Below, in pieces: positions 55,041 to 64,000 of a stretch of 64,000 bases of DNA (its first letter is position 1; each line of letters begins with the position of its first letter). Made by a program: the position numbers and the translations under genes. Source of the stretch: Escherichia phage rV5_ev147. The notes beneath the pieces are model-generated. The model saw only the letters and a list, made by a program, of their open reading frames with translations, had not been told where the DNA came from and made no database searches. Where the stretch lies: the sequence record LR597647; one strand, 5' to 3'.

Positions 55041-55499
55041 TCAACACTTTTTGTACTCTACTACAACCACATCAATATCTGTGGTTGCAAGATTAATTAC
55101 ATCTTCTACATGTTCCCACTTTAGACCGCCAATACCGCATCCGATTTTAGGAATGTAGAACGGCAATGACACACCTTTGAATACCTCGTTGACTCGCTCA
55201 AAACCTTTCATGATTGAGAAGTATTCAGCATTGGGCCCTGGGTAGAACTGGGTATACAGGTTGATTCCATATACGACCCTGTTCTTGGCAAAATGCTCCC
55301 AACAAGAAAACATACCCAGCTTGTCTAGATTCCCATAAGCAGTCTCTTTGTCGGCTGCCAGTGCTTGAGGGAACTCACGGGCAATATCTTTCGCTATGCC
55401 TGCACCCATTGTGTGAAAGCAGTTACAACCGTGGATCATGTGGCCTGACCCTTTCTTGAAAATGGAGATTAGATCTCCCTTTACAGTATCAATAATCAC
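55041..55499 (-). CDS. Macro-domain protein (ADP-ribose binding/processing)
   Basis: GDLISIF...HGCNCFHTMGAGIAKDIAREFP and C-terminal IPKIGCGIGGL resemble macro-domain motifs; start set to GTG 55499 after GAGGAG, ATG alternatives lack SD. Confidence 0.55.
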   Translation of the reverse strand: MIIDTVKGDLISIFKKGSGHMIHGCNCFHTMGAGIAKDIAREFPQALAADKETAYGNLDKLGMFSCWEHFAKNRVVYGINLYTQFYPGPNAEYFSIMKGFERVNEVFKGVSLPFYIPKIGCGIGGLKWEHVEDVINLATTDIDVVVVEYKKC

Positions 55500-55914
55500 G
55501 GTATTCCAGCTCCTCTTCTGCAATTTCCAAAAACTCATCCCAACCCTGTGGCATATTTGAGTTGCCGAAGTGGCTTTCGTAGTAGAGATTTTTACCACTT
55601 GGAAGGTAGAAATCTGTTACCTCATAGAATCCACAATCGTCGCACTCACCTTCTTCAAACTTGGCCTCAACCTTAATACCGAGGAAGGTGAAAAGTTTAT
55701 GGATATCTTCAGTTTCGAACTCCCAGTGAATGTTGTTTTCCGCATCGGTGTAGAACTGGATCAGCAGACCATTGTCCAGTTTACCAAAATACTCTGTGAA
55801 GTAACTTCCTTCCCAGAAATCTTTATGACAAATAATATCCATGCGTTTGCCCATAATAATGGTGTGAGCGTTTTGGGCATCGTCACGAATCAGTTTTGGC
55901 ATTTCATAGATCAT
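55489..55914 (-). CDS. Hypothetical protein
   Basis: 141-aa ORF overlapping the macro-domain gene start. Confidence 0.4.
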   Translation of the reverse strand: MIYEMPKLIRDDAQNAHTIIMGKRMDIICHKDFWEGSYFTEYFGKLDNGLLIQFYTDAENNIHWEFETEDIHKLFTFLGIKVEAKFEEGECDDCGFYEVTDFYLPSGKNLYYESHFGNSNMPQGWDEFLEIAEEELEYRDY

Positions 55915-55982
55915 CTTAGTTCTCCGGGTTCAACAGGTGGTGGTGCTACAGGAAGATCATAAAACATGGCTATCACAGTCTC

Positions 55983-56180
55983 TTACACAGGAATTGCTTC
56001 AAATAGACCGTTATCTATACCGTCCTTCAGATAGAGATTATATTCTATGTCGGTATCTGTATAAAGGGCAGCATCCAGCATTCTATCTGTGAGTCCATCC
56101 ATCGGGTGGAGAAACCACCACCCACGCCAGTCAAAGTAACAGCCTGGTGCATCTTCTCTTACACGGATTCGATAAATCAT
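55983..56180 (-). CDS. Hypothetical protein
   Basis: 65-aa ORF. Confidence 0.35.
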   Translation of the reverse strand: MIYRIRVREDAPGCYFDWRGWWFLHPMDGLTDRMLDAALYTDTDIEYNLYLKDGIDNGLFEAIPV

Positions 56181-56276
56181 GGGCAGTGGCCTCCTGTTAG
56201 TTATACATCCCAGTTTTCTTCGTTCATCACGTCCTCCCGTTCTATGAAGTTATAATTGCACACCTTTCAACTTGTG

Positions 56277-56693
56277 TCAACAGAAAACTTCAACAAATTC
56301 TTCCACAGTTTTAATGTCGTGGGAAAAAGGTTTACGGCTATAACGGGCAATAGCACTATCAACCACCGCCCGGTACTCCAAATCTTCAGAATATTTCATG
56401 AAGCATTGCAGCGTCTCTGGGCAGATAGCTAAATAGCTCCACCACCCCTCTTCAGATTGGTAGTCGAATCCCATACTCTCCAACCATGAAGCATATACGC
56501 CTGCACCTTCAAGCCAGTGAGTATTTTCATCCAGAAACTTGTTAATAGACATGTGAGCTTCTAAGCATTTATCCAGCTCTTTTCCGTTAACCAGCCATGC
56601 ACTGACTGTGGCGCATCCGAGGTCTACAGATTGAGTTGACAGGTTGTATTGGTCATAGTTCTCAGGTTTAACAATGATATCTTCTAATGTCAT
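56277..56693 (-). CDS. Hypothetical protein
   Basis: 138-aa ORF. Confidence 0.4.
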   Translation of the reverse strand: MTLEDIIVKPENYDQYNLSTQSVDLGCATVSAWLVNGKELDKCLEAHMSINKFLDENTHWLEGAGVYASWLESMGFDYQSEEGWWSYLAICPETLQCFMKYSEDLEYRAVVDSAIARYSRKPFSHDIKTVEEFVEVFC

Positions 56694-56755
56694 TTTTCAG
56701 ATCTCCTTATACAAAAATGCCCCACCCTTTCGGGCAGGGCTATGTTAACTAGATG

Positions 56756-57982
56756 TTAGAATGGGATGTCATCATCAAAGGCGTACTGTGCTGGATTCTG
56801 ATCCATCGGGTCATCTTCCTCGTCATTTACAGGAGGAGCGTCTACAGTGTTTTGCTGTGGAGCTGCTTCCTGTTTGGCAGCTTGAGGTTCTTGATGGTCA
56901 GTGGACTCAGCACCGTTCTTGATCCAATCGTACAACGGCTCAGCCAGATTAGTCAAGACATCTTTTGCTTCTGCAGTAATTGCCGCTGCAAAATCATCAA
57001 CTTTCGTTTTCTTGTCAATACGGCGACAAGCGTTCAACACCGCATTACCGACACTGGCACCTACTTCATCTTCAGTTCGGTTGGTGGCTTGAGCATACTC
57101 TTTCTTAAGCTCAATGGTGACTACGTGCAGTGTTTTAGCCACGCTTAGTGGGTCATCCACTTTAAACCCGCGATCCAGGATGATCTGCAAAGCATTGATG
57201 CTATGCCCCGTCTCTACACCAATAGGGTCGTAAGAGGATTTACGCTTGCCACCAGAGCCTTGAGTGCCGTTCTCTGCCTTAGGTGGATAGGCTTTGAAAC
57301 CACTGATAATGTTTCCGGTGTCTTTGTCAACAATGGCTGCAACACGACCACCTACTACCAGGTCTTTAAGCTGCTCATCAGTGACAACCATAGCACCTTC
57401 GCCAATCTTGTGGTCATTAACAGTAACCACGTTGCCAACAATCTGAGTCACATCACCATAGATGCGTAAAACGTCCTGATTGGCATTCTGCTGAGGTTTC
57501 TGCTTCTGGCCTTGTGATTGTGCACCTTGTTGCTGTTTTTGCTGTTGAGTCGCTGCTGGGGCCTCTCCTGCACCCAGCTTAACCATTTTAGCCAGTGATC
57601 CTTTATAATAGGTCTTACCGTTATGCTCGTTTGCCTTCAAAGGGATATTTACGATCCATCCCGGCGTTACGGTTTCCCACTTGTCATCAATTTTAACAGA
57701 GACAGAGTCTTGATGACCAGGTTTAAGCAGCTTATCACCCATACTGATCCAAACTTCTTCACCACCTTGAAGCAGGTTATCAGAGGAATCCAGTTCAGAA
57801 ATCAGTAAAGAGATGGTGTGGCTGGATTCAATTTTCTTACCTTGCCACACAGTGGTTTTAATACCTGTTGTAGGATCAGCACCTTTGATAGGTTTGATGC
57901 TGACACGTTTAATCATGCCGTGAGCCAGTAAAACAGTTTCACGCGGATTCATCGGGTTAGCAAATTGTTGAATAACGCTCAT
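56756..57982 (-). CDS. Putative single-stranded-DNA-binding protein with host-SSB-like C-terminal tail
   Basis: 408 aa; Gln-rich low-complexity linker; terminal residues FDDDIPF match the E. coli SSB tail; AAGGAGA SD; N-terminal OB fold not verified. Confidence 0.5.
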   Translation of the reverse strand: MSVIQQFANPMNPRETVLLAHGMIKRVSIKPIKGADPTTGIKTTVWQGKKIESSHTISLLISELDSSDNLLQGGEEVWISMGDKLLKPGHQDSVSVKIDDKWETVTPGWIVNIPLKANEHNGKTYYKGSLAKMVKLGAGEAPAATQQQKQQQGAQSQGQKQKPQQNANQDVLRIYGDVTQIVGNVVTVNDHKIGEGAMVVTDEQLKDLVVGGRVAAIVDKDTGNIISGFKAYPPKAENGTQGSGGKRKSSYDPIGVETGHSINALQIILDRGFKVDDPLSVAKTLHVVTIELKKEYAQATNRTEDEVGASVGNAVLNACRRIDKKTKVDDFAAAITAEAKDVLTNLAEPLYDWIKNGAESTDHQEPQAAKQEAAPQQNTVDAPPVNDEEDDPMDQNPAQYAFDDDIPF

Positions 57983-58347
57983 TATTTGTCTCCTTGTTCT
58001 TCGTTAGTGTTTGCCGTGTGTGCAAACCCTGCTTGAATTAATTTGTCCTGAACTTGAGCCAGCAGGCCCATTGCAAAACTTGTGGTCCCAGAGAGGGCCA
58101 TCAGCATATCTCGTTGTTGAGCTACCCAACCTAAGGCATAGTCCAAACGACGATATTTTTCTTCTTCACGCAAAGCTTGGAATAATTGTTCAGCCTCTGG
58201 CTGTTGTGTGAGCTCCTGAAGTCTTCCCATGAAAGAAGAAAGCACTAGCAGAAGAGACACTTGATCTTTACTTAACCCTAAGAAAAATTCTTGAGGTTGT
58301 TCTTGCTCGTTCATCGCAACCGACGCTTGATCGTTCATTTGTTCCAT
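57982..58347 (-). CDS. Hypothetical protein
   Basis: 121-aa ORF; stop overlaps the SSB start (TAATG). Confidence 0.45.
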   Translation of the reverse strand: MEQMNDQASVAMNEQEQPQEFFLGLSKDQVSLLLVLSSFMGRLQELTQQPEAEQLFQALREEEKYRRLDYALGWVAQQRDMLMALSGTTSFAMGLLAQVQDKLIQAGFAHTANTNEEQGDK

Positions 58348-58430
58348 TATGGAATCTCCGATTTTATTTGAACAACATAGAAGGAGACACTATTTTAGCA
58401 TCCCCTTCTGTAAATTACAATAGGTATTTG

Positions 58431-58676
58431 TTAGCCAATCACTTCGAAAGTTCCCCAATTCCCGTCCAGCAGGCAGGTGATCGGATCTCCATCGTCGTCA
58501 AAGATTTCAAAGTTTTCAGCATCCAGGATGTGGCCCTCGAACACAATACTCTCGTCGCCACCACCAGAAATAACAGCGTATTCCTTACCTTGAGTCAAGT
58601 TTTGACACCCTTTGCCACCAAAACCTACTTCCACACAACGTACTTTCTGTCCTGCGCGAGCAACTACTTCAGCCAT
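58431..58676 (-). CDS. Hypothetical protein
   Basis: 81-aa ORF. Confidence 0.4.
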   Translation of the reverse strand: MAEVVARAGQKVRCVEVGFGGKGCQNLTQGKEYAVISGGGDESIVFEGHILDAENFEIFDDDGDPITCLLDGNWGTFEVIG

Positions 58677-58693
58677 CTTAAGGTCTCCTGATA

Positions 58694-59014
58694 TTAATCG
58701 TCAAGTTCAAAATAGATTTTAACAGCTTCATCAAAGATTGGAATCCCGATGTTGTTGATAAGCTGCCAAACTACCATATCTTTACCTGGATCTGGGAGAA
58801 TGTCAACCTTTCTCCATGCGCTGTATATCCAGTTCGGACCACCTTCTGCACTAACTGGCAGATTTTCACCAGCTTCCTGTAGATACTTATACAGCAAAAG
58901 ATATTCTGGATACTCTAGAACACTGTCCTCTGTAGTATATAGCAGTTCACGGTATACTTTTAAAAACCCTGCGGGGGTGATGTTTTCAGTCTTCATTTGC
59001 TGCTTCTCCTGCAT
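58694..59014 (-). CDS. Hypothetical protein
   Basis: 106-aa ORF. Confidence 0.4.
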   Translation of the reverse strand: MQEKQQMKTENITPAGFLKVYRELLYTTEDSVLEYPEYLLLYKYLQEAGENLPVSAEGGPNWIYSAWRKVDILPDPGKDMVVWQLINNIGIPIFDEAVKIYFELDD

Positions 59015-59378
59015 TCATCAGATCTGCCATAGCGTCACCAACGAAGAGGACAACCACATCGTTGACAGCGTCAGCATCATCTTTGTTGACGTTGCTGAAT
59101 TTAGGACACACAGCAATGATCATATAGACACCGTTGCCCACCTGAACTGTCCGTGTGGTGCACATCATGGCGGTATTTGTGCCTTCTTTGAAGGCGAAGC
59201 CTTGAAGACGCTCCTCTAGAGTGTTACCGGTAGATTTCAGAAGCGCCAGCTCGTCCAAGGCATAGATGATATCTCCGGAAGTTAGTGTTGCCTTTCCATC
59301 AGACACCATAATCACTCCATCAGCACCGTCAAGCTTAGAGGCTTCAAAGATATCAATATCCCAAATATTTTTCATCAC
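58986..59378 (-). CDS. Hypothetical protein
   Basis: 130-aa ORF. Confidence 0.4.
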   Translation of the reverse strand: MMKNIWDIDIFEASKLDGADGVIMVSDGKATLTSGDIIYALDELALLKSTGNTLEERLQGFAFKEGTNTAMMCTTRTVQVGNGVYMIIAVCPKFSNVNKDDADAVNDVVVLFVGDAMADLMNAGEAANED

Positions 59379-59707
59379 GCTTCCTCGTCGTCTAAGTAAT
59401 CATCAAGAGAGGTGAAGATTTCACCGAAGTATTCTAAGATTTCTAGCTCACGTGTGGTGCAGCAAACATAATCTCCTTGGTCGTCCTTAATAGTGGCCTC
59501 TTTACCCAGAATATCTACTTCAAGTTCATCGTTCAACAGGACGGCCCCTGTGTAAACTTTGTCAGCTGTGCAGTCCCGAAAAGCAGAGTCCTTCTCCAGA
59601 TAGTCTGGCTTAACCTTGGCTTTAATTCGTTGATATTGTTTGGTCATTGCTGTGGTCCCCTTTCGTTTTGATAGGGCCATTATAGTAGGCCCTATCACTG
59701 TTGTCAA
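59375..59707 (-). CDS. Hypothetical protein, paralog of ORF 59711
   Basis: SAFRDCTADKVYTGA matches RAFKDCTVGAIYEAE in the neighbouring ORF. Confidence 0.4.
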   Translation of the reverse strand: MTTVIGPTIMALSKRKGTTAMTKQYQRIKAKVKPDYLEKDSAFRDCTADKVYTGAVLLNDELEVDILGKEATIKDDQGDYVCCTTRELEILEYFGEIFTSLDDYLDDEEA

Positions 59708-59710
59708 GTA

Positions 59711-59965
59711 TTAATGTTCAGGTTTTACAAAAACTACTTCATTAACAGTGCACCAGACAGAGTCTCCTTCATCATCTTTAAAGGTAAGGCACTGTGCTGA
59801 GTTTTCCAGCTCATCGATCTCTTCTTGTGATAAAGGGGCCCCTTCTTCCAGGAGGGCTTTTACCAGAGGGTTCTCACAAAACTCTGCTTCATAAATTGCA
59901 CCGACTGTGCAATCTTTAAAAGCTCGGTCATTTGCAACGCATTCTGACTTCAAAGTAATTTTCAT
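59711..59965 (-). CDS. Hypothetical protein, paralog of ORF 59375
   Basis: Shared (A)F(R/K)DCT block; acidic Cys-containing small protein. Confidence 0.4.
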   Translation of the reverse strand: MKITLKSECVANDRAFKDCTVGAIYEAEFCENPLVKALLEEGAPLSQEEIDELENSAQCLTFKDDEGDSVWCTVNEVVFVKPEH

Positions 59966-60041
59966 CTTAGCAGTCTCCTTAGTTATTTAAAAATCAACGC
60001 TCTGTTTGTGTAAAGCATCTTATATCTAATCTTACTTCTTG

Positions 60042-60413
60042 TCAATGACTATTTTCAATCAGCCACACAGGGTCGAGGTAAATTTGTTGGCGTGTTGCCC
60101 AATGACAAACTTCATTGTACATCTGAACCTCTTTGTCCGTCAGTTCACGAATAGGCTCATCTATACCCCCATTTTTGTGGTAATCCCAGTCGGCATCGAT
60201 TTCCCACAGCCATGACTTGTTGTCACCACGCTTACGCACACAGAAGTCACCAGGACGGCCTGCCAGTGCATTTAAGAACTCGTTCTCCGCTCGCTCCTGA
60301 AGAATACTAAGGAGCAAAACGTTGGAGCATGACCGTAAAATATGCTTCAGCTCACAATCATCAATCTCAACTTCAATACGTTGTTTGACTGTGTGGGTAC
60401 CTTTTACTAACAT
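60042..60413 (-). CDS. Hypothetical protein
   Basis: Start refined to ATG 60413 after GAGGAGG. Confidence 0.4.
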   Translation of the reverse strand: MLVKGTHTVKQRIEVEIDDCELKHILRSCSNVLLLSILQERAENEFLNALAGRPGDFCVRKRGDNKSWLWEIDADWDYHKNGGIDEPIRELTDKEVQMYNEVCHWATRQQIYLDPVWLIENSH

Positions 60414-60423
60414 ACTACCTCCT

Positions 60424-60618
60424 CTAAACGAACTCTGCAAGAGTTGTGTTGTTCACTGCACCGCAGTAAATGGAGTATCCCAGCCCATTAGAGTGCAGAA
60501 ACCACGGCGTGCCGAAATTATCTTTCACGTAGACATCACCGTTGTTTGTAAAGGGCCAATATTCTTCCCCAAGGGTAAAATACCTATTCATACCTTCAGC
60601 AAGATACTTTACTTTCAT
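60424..60618 (-). CDS. Hypothetical protein, paralog triplet member
   Basis: GTPWFLHSNGLGYSIYCG matches GVAWFISHLANGEYHIYG in ORF 60615. Confidence 0.4.
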   Translation of the reverse strand: MKVKYLAEGMNRYFTLGEEYWPFTNNGDVYVKDNFGTPWFLHSNGLGYSIYCGAVNNTTLAEFV

Positions 60619-60842
60619 AGGTCCTCTTCAACAACTACAAACTTGGCAAGCAAAGTGGTTCCGTAGATATGATACTCGCCGTTTGCCAGATGGGAGATAA
60701 ACCAGGCAACCCCTTCCTCGTCTTTAATCATTTTATTTGCACGAGCTTTATCGTAATAAACCTCGTAGGTCTTTCCTTCTTTAAAGAATGACAGGTCTGT
60801 CATCTTTTCTTCTACAAAAGTAGCTTTAACCAAAGTTGTCAT
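60615..60842 (-). CDS. Hypothetical protein, paralog triplet member
   Basis: Shared WF(L/I)SH...G...IYG block. Confidence 0.4.
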   Translation of the reverse strand: MTTLVKATFVEEKMTDLSFFKEGKTYEVYYDKARANKMIKDEEGVAWFISHLANGEYHIYGTTLLAKFVVVEEDL

Positions 60843-61156
60843 TGATCGGTCTCCTTCTTGTTAAGTCTGAATACTGCAATAATAGCATTCCCAAGGTGCA
60901 GTGTCAAATCATTTCCAAGATACCACAGCATCCCACGGTCATCTTTAATGAAAGGGTAGCAATTTGGTGCCTTCTCTTTAATGAAAGGGTGACAATCTGG
61001 TGCCTTCCAGACATTGTACACTTTCCCAACCTGAAAGAAATCAGGCCCTGTCGGGATTTTGGTGCCTGGCCACACTTGAGATACCTGAACACACTCCACC
61101 TGCATAATAACAGGGATAGTCATGGATGTAAATGTTTTTGTTGGCTCTACTACCAT
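60839..61156 (-). CDS. Hypothetical protein, paralog triplet member with internal 11-aa tandem repeat
   Basis: Start refined to ATG 61156 after AAGAGGAG; GMLWYLGNDLTLHLG block; 33-bp tandem duplication at 60943-61008. Confidence 0.4.
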   Translation of the reverse strand: MVVEPTKTFTSMTIPVIMQVECVQVSQVWPGTKIPTGPDFFQVGKVYNVWKAPDCHPFIKEKAPNCYPFIKDDRGMLWYLGNDLTLHLGNAIIAVFRLNKKETDQ

Positions 61157-61205
61157 AAAAGTCTCCTCTTTGCTCAACAACACTTCCATGTGTTGATAGT
61201 TTACA

Positions 61206-63983
61206 TTAGTGACAATCACCCCAATTACGACCACACAAGTATTCACCTGTGATCTGGAACGGGACTCCCATCATTTTAGAAGCTTGCCAGAAGCAATGCA
61301 CCACCATTTCACCCACAGGGCTCCAGATAAGTTCAAGCTTCCCGTCATCGTTCAGGATAGGATCGTACACCGTGTTTCCGTCTCTGTCAACCACTTCGTT
61401 TCCGTTCTCATCCTTGCGTGCCTTTTTGTACTTATGACCGTCAAACACATGAAGTTTGGCTTCCTGCTCTGCCTTAAATGCTTCCAATTCTTCAATTGTG
61501 TCGAAGGTGTACACAGTCTTATACTTAGGCGTGTCAGGGACTTGAAGTTGGTACTCATCATGGTAATAAATAATACGACGAACACCTTCATCGTACCACC
61601 CACGCTTCACCATTTGGTGGTGCATGAGTATCCCAACTAAGTCACACAACGATGCACCGCCATTTTGTTGGTATGCATTGAGTAAAGAGTGTTTAGATCG
61701 AGTCCAGATAGCATGACCATCAAAAGAGTAGATAAACTTCTTACCCGTTGCTTCCCAGAATTTCTCCAGATCTTCTTTACGCCCCTTAAGACCCGGGTTG
61801 GCATCCCAGAGTGCATCGATTACCCTTTGTCCCAACTCTGGAGAGATATCCAGCATATCTGCAACTTTATCTTTTTGTGCCCCGTACATAACCCCATACG
61901 TGATAGGTTTACCGTCGTTACGAGATACCTCTCTGCCTGCTACTTTTGTATATGCCTCGGCGTTGTTTTGGTGTGCGTCTCCGTTACTTACAACATCATA
62001 ATACAAGCCGTTGTCGAACTCAAAGGCACCCCAAGCCCCGATAAGCTGCTCTAAGTTGGACCCGTCAATACCGATCTCAAAGTATCCCGGAGGAACACCC
62101 CACAGACTACGCATCTCTTTACCCATAACCACTTTAGGAGATGGTTTAGGCATGTTCGCACAAATACTGTGTTTCTGTCGGGAAGTGTTTGTTAACCCAG
62201 AACTTTTAGCAGGAAGCTTATGGTCAATCTTCAAACGTGGGTGATTAAGAAGACCAGTATCAACCTTATCCTCCTTGATTGGATCAAGTACCGATCTGCG
62301 GTTTCGCAATGATAACCACAAGACGATATCTTTAGCCATCTCTCCGTTCAATTTTTCAAGATTAGGGCATAGGTGTCCAAACGTATCTTTCAGTTGCGGA
62401 GAAGTAATAAGTGCCCTAGCTTTTCTACGTATTTTCCCGAATACTTCCTTTTTAATCCTTTCGGAGTTAGGAAAGCTTCGGAACTTGTGCACGGTTGTCT
62501 GGAACTTAGCATCAGTTTTGTTCCAGAAGTTGATAATCAGGTCACAATACTCTGACTCTAAAAGCTCGTCCATATATGCATATACTCGTGCATCAACATC
62601 TGCATCAGGTAGAGCTTTCTTCTTGCTGTCTTTAGTTACATCCTTAGTTCTCCACATTGTCGGAAGCCAACCAGCACTGATCAGGTATCGCTTAATGTCG
62701 TCCTGGTTGCTGATTTTCATAGGTATCTTGCAGTCCGGCATTCGCTTCTGCTGTAGATCACTTATTGCCTGATCCATTAGCTCTTTAGGTAAAGGTTGTG
62801 GTGTGGAGGTGCCCTTAATATAGCCTCTCAAGAAATCAGCCATCTTATCGGGGTCTTTGCAGCCCATCTCTTCACACCATTTTATCCCCATCTTACTGAC
62901 ATCTCCTGTAGAGGTAAATGCTCGCTTAGGCGGGGCTTTGAACTCTAAAGCGCTCATATCTACAGGATAGCCAAGCTTATCTTTTAACCATTTCCAACCA
63001 TTATTGGAGATTGTCCCATCTTGGTTAAACGGCTTTTCAGGGAACTTGGGCCGCTGAGACATTGACAGCTCTTTTAAAGGTAGTTGCGGTTCAACACGAT
63101 CAGCGATTTCTTTCATCCACGCATCGCAACGGTCACGTAAAGCAATAGCCCCATCTATGTCAAAATACACACCCTGACGGGCCTGCAGCTCCATCAGGAA
63201 GTGCTGCAGCATGCCTCGGCGTAATGCGTTCTTCCAGGTGATCTTCTTGAACCCTTTCGGCTTCTCTTTGGCAGGATCGTACATAAAGTTCTGCATGTCA
63301 GATTTGCCGTAGAATACACCTTTTGATTCCGCTACCAGCTCTTTCCAGAGCAGCTCCTGGATGATAACGTCCTCGAATACACGATCCACATACTTCCACA
63401 ACGGAAGATCGCGCCAGTCATCAATTTGAACTTTCTGGTTACCAAGGGCGTAGCCCCATGCCATAAGGCCGTGAGGACCGACAGGCTGCATTTTCTTAGT
63501 AACCGGGTTGAATACAGAGTCCGGACAACCTTTTGGTAAAGGGCGATCAGGCCATAAGATTCGGCTCATCGCCAACGTATCAAACAGGTTGACCTGGTGG
63601 TCGTTGATAGTCCCCATGCATTTAGGATCACGGAACATATCAAAATGAATACCGGATAATCTTTCCATCAGCATAAAGTCATAACTGTAGCAGTTATGGC
63701 AGTTCAAAGCTGTTGGTGACCAGTCGGAATTGCCTGTAAGCCAACCTTCTAACTCCGAAAAATCTGCTATGCGAACTTCAAAATCTTTATAAAGAGTTTT
63801 CTTTGCCAGAATAAAGTTCTTAGCCTTCTCTATATCCTCCTCGGAGTAGTGTGTGCGGTCATTTAGAGGAAGGAACAGCATAAAACGGTTCTTATTCAGC
63901 TCTTTAAACAGGCCGCAGTGATAATAAAGATCTGGGTCTTCCAGCAAACCGGATGACTCAAAATCGAAAGACCACATGCTCAT
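61206..63983 (-). CDS. Family A DNA polymerase, T7 gp5-like, with 3'-5' exonuclease domain
   Basis: 925 aa; FDFESSG (Exo I), LMAWGYALGNQK, GIDGSNLEQL, TYGVMYGAQ (motif B), YYHDEYQ (motif C), C-terminal GRNWGDCH parallel T7 gp5 as recalled; AAGGAG SD. Confidence 0.8.
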   Translation of the reverse strand: MSMWSFDFESSGLLEDPDLYYHCGLFKELNKNRFMLFLPLNDRTHYSEEDIEKAKNFILAKKTLYKDFEVRIADFSELEGWLTGNSDWSPTALNCHNCYSYDFMLMERLSGIHFDMFRDPKCMGTINDHQVNLFDTLAMSRILWPDRPLPKGCPDSVFNPVTKKMQPVGPHGLMAWGYALGNQKVQIDDWRDLPLWKYVDRVFEDVIIQELLWKELVAESKGVFYGKSDMQNFMYDPAKEKPKGFKKITWKNALRRGMLQHFLMELQARQGVYFDIDGAIALRDRCDAWMKEIADRVEPQLPLKELSMSQRPKFPEKPFNQDGTISNNGWKWLKDKLGYPVDMSALEFKAPPKRAFTSTGDVSKMGIKWCEEMGCKDPDKMADFLRGYIKGTSTPQPLPKELMDQAISDLQQKRMPDCKIPMKISNQDDIKRYLISAGWLPTMWRTKDVTKDSKKKALPDADVDARVYAYMDELLESEYCDLIINFWNKTDAKFQTTVHKFRSFPNSERIKKEVFGKIRRKARALITSPQLKDTFGHLCPNLEKLNGEMAKDIVLWLSLRNRRSVLDPIKEDKVDTGLLNHPRLKIDHKLPAKSSGLTNTSRQKHSICANMPKPSPKVVMGKEMRSLWGVPPGYFEIGIDGSNLEQLIGAWGAFEFDNGLYYDVVSNGDAHQNNAEAYTKVAGREVSRNDGKPITYGVMYGAQKDKVADMLDISPELGQRVIDALWDANPGLKGRKEDLEKFWEATGKKFIYSFDGHAIWTRSKHSLLNAYQQNGGASLCDLVGILMHHQMVKRGWYDEGVRRIIYYHDEYQLQVPDTPKYKTVYTFDTIEELEAFKAEQEAKLHVFDGHKYKKARKDENGNEVVDRDGNTVYDPILNDDGKLELIWSPVGEMVVHCFWQASKMMGVPFQITGEYLCGRNWGDCH

Positions 63984-64000
63984 ATACAGTTCTCCTTAAA

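Noticed and set aside
1-64000. Integrase, transposase or other mobile-element boundary; toxin-antitoxin pairs
   Set aside because: No tyrosine/serine recombinase or DDE transposase motifs were seen in any frame, and no attachment-site-like duplication around a tRNA; the only mobile-like gene is the HNH homing endonuclease at 7183-7866.

Overview
This window reads as about 64 kb of a virulent tailed-phage (Caudoviricetes) genome with very high coding density and no tRNA, rRNA, CRISPR or integrase signal. Genes 1887-39336 run on the + strand and genes 41956-63983 on the - strand, converging on a 2.5 kb non-coding, repeat-dense region (39.4-41.9 kb). The + block holds a nucleotide-metabolism and DNA-processing module: class Ia and class III ribonucleotide reductases, a ThyX-like thymidylate synthase, dNMP kinase, PhoH, a ClpP-like peptidase, ATP-dependent DNA ligase, a T4 RNase H-like flap nuclease, endonuclease VII, two orphan DNA methyltransferases and a lambda R-type lysozyme. 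It also holds an RNA-repair cassette (kinase, phosphoesterase, Rnl2-like ligase), a Sir2/MazG-like operon, a ribosome hibernation factor (HPF) homologue and a tandemly expanded family of small acidic proteins. The - block carries a T7 gp5-like family A DNA polymerase, an SSB-like protein ending in the host-SSB tail DDDIPF, a macro-domain protein, and dozens of small monocistronic genes each built as sigma70-type promoter, 5' GC hairpin, Shine-Dalgarno, ORF. The most likely candidates for an undescribed system are the Sir2/MazG operon (with the unlinked macro-domain gene), the small acidic protein family, and the repeat-rich convergence region with its possible ncRNA. All functional calls come from motifs read by eye in the supplied translations; no database search, HMM or folding was run, and the host and phage genus are not identified.
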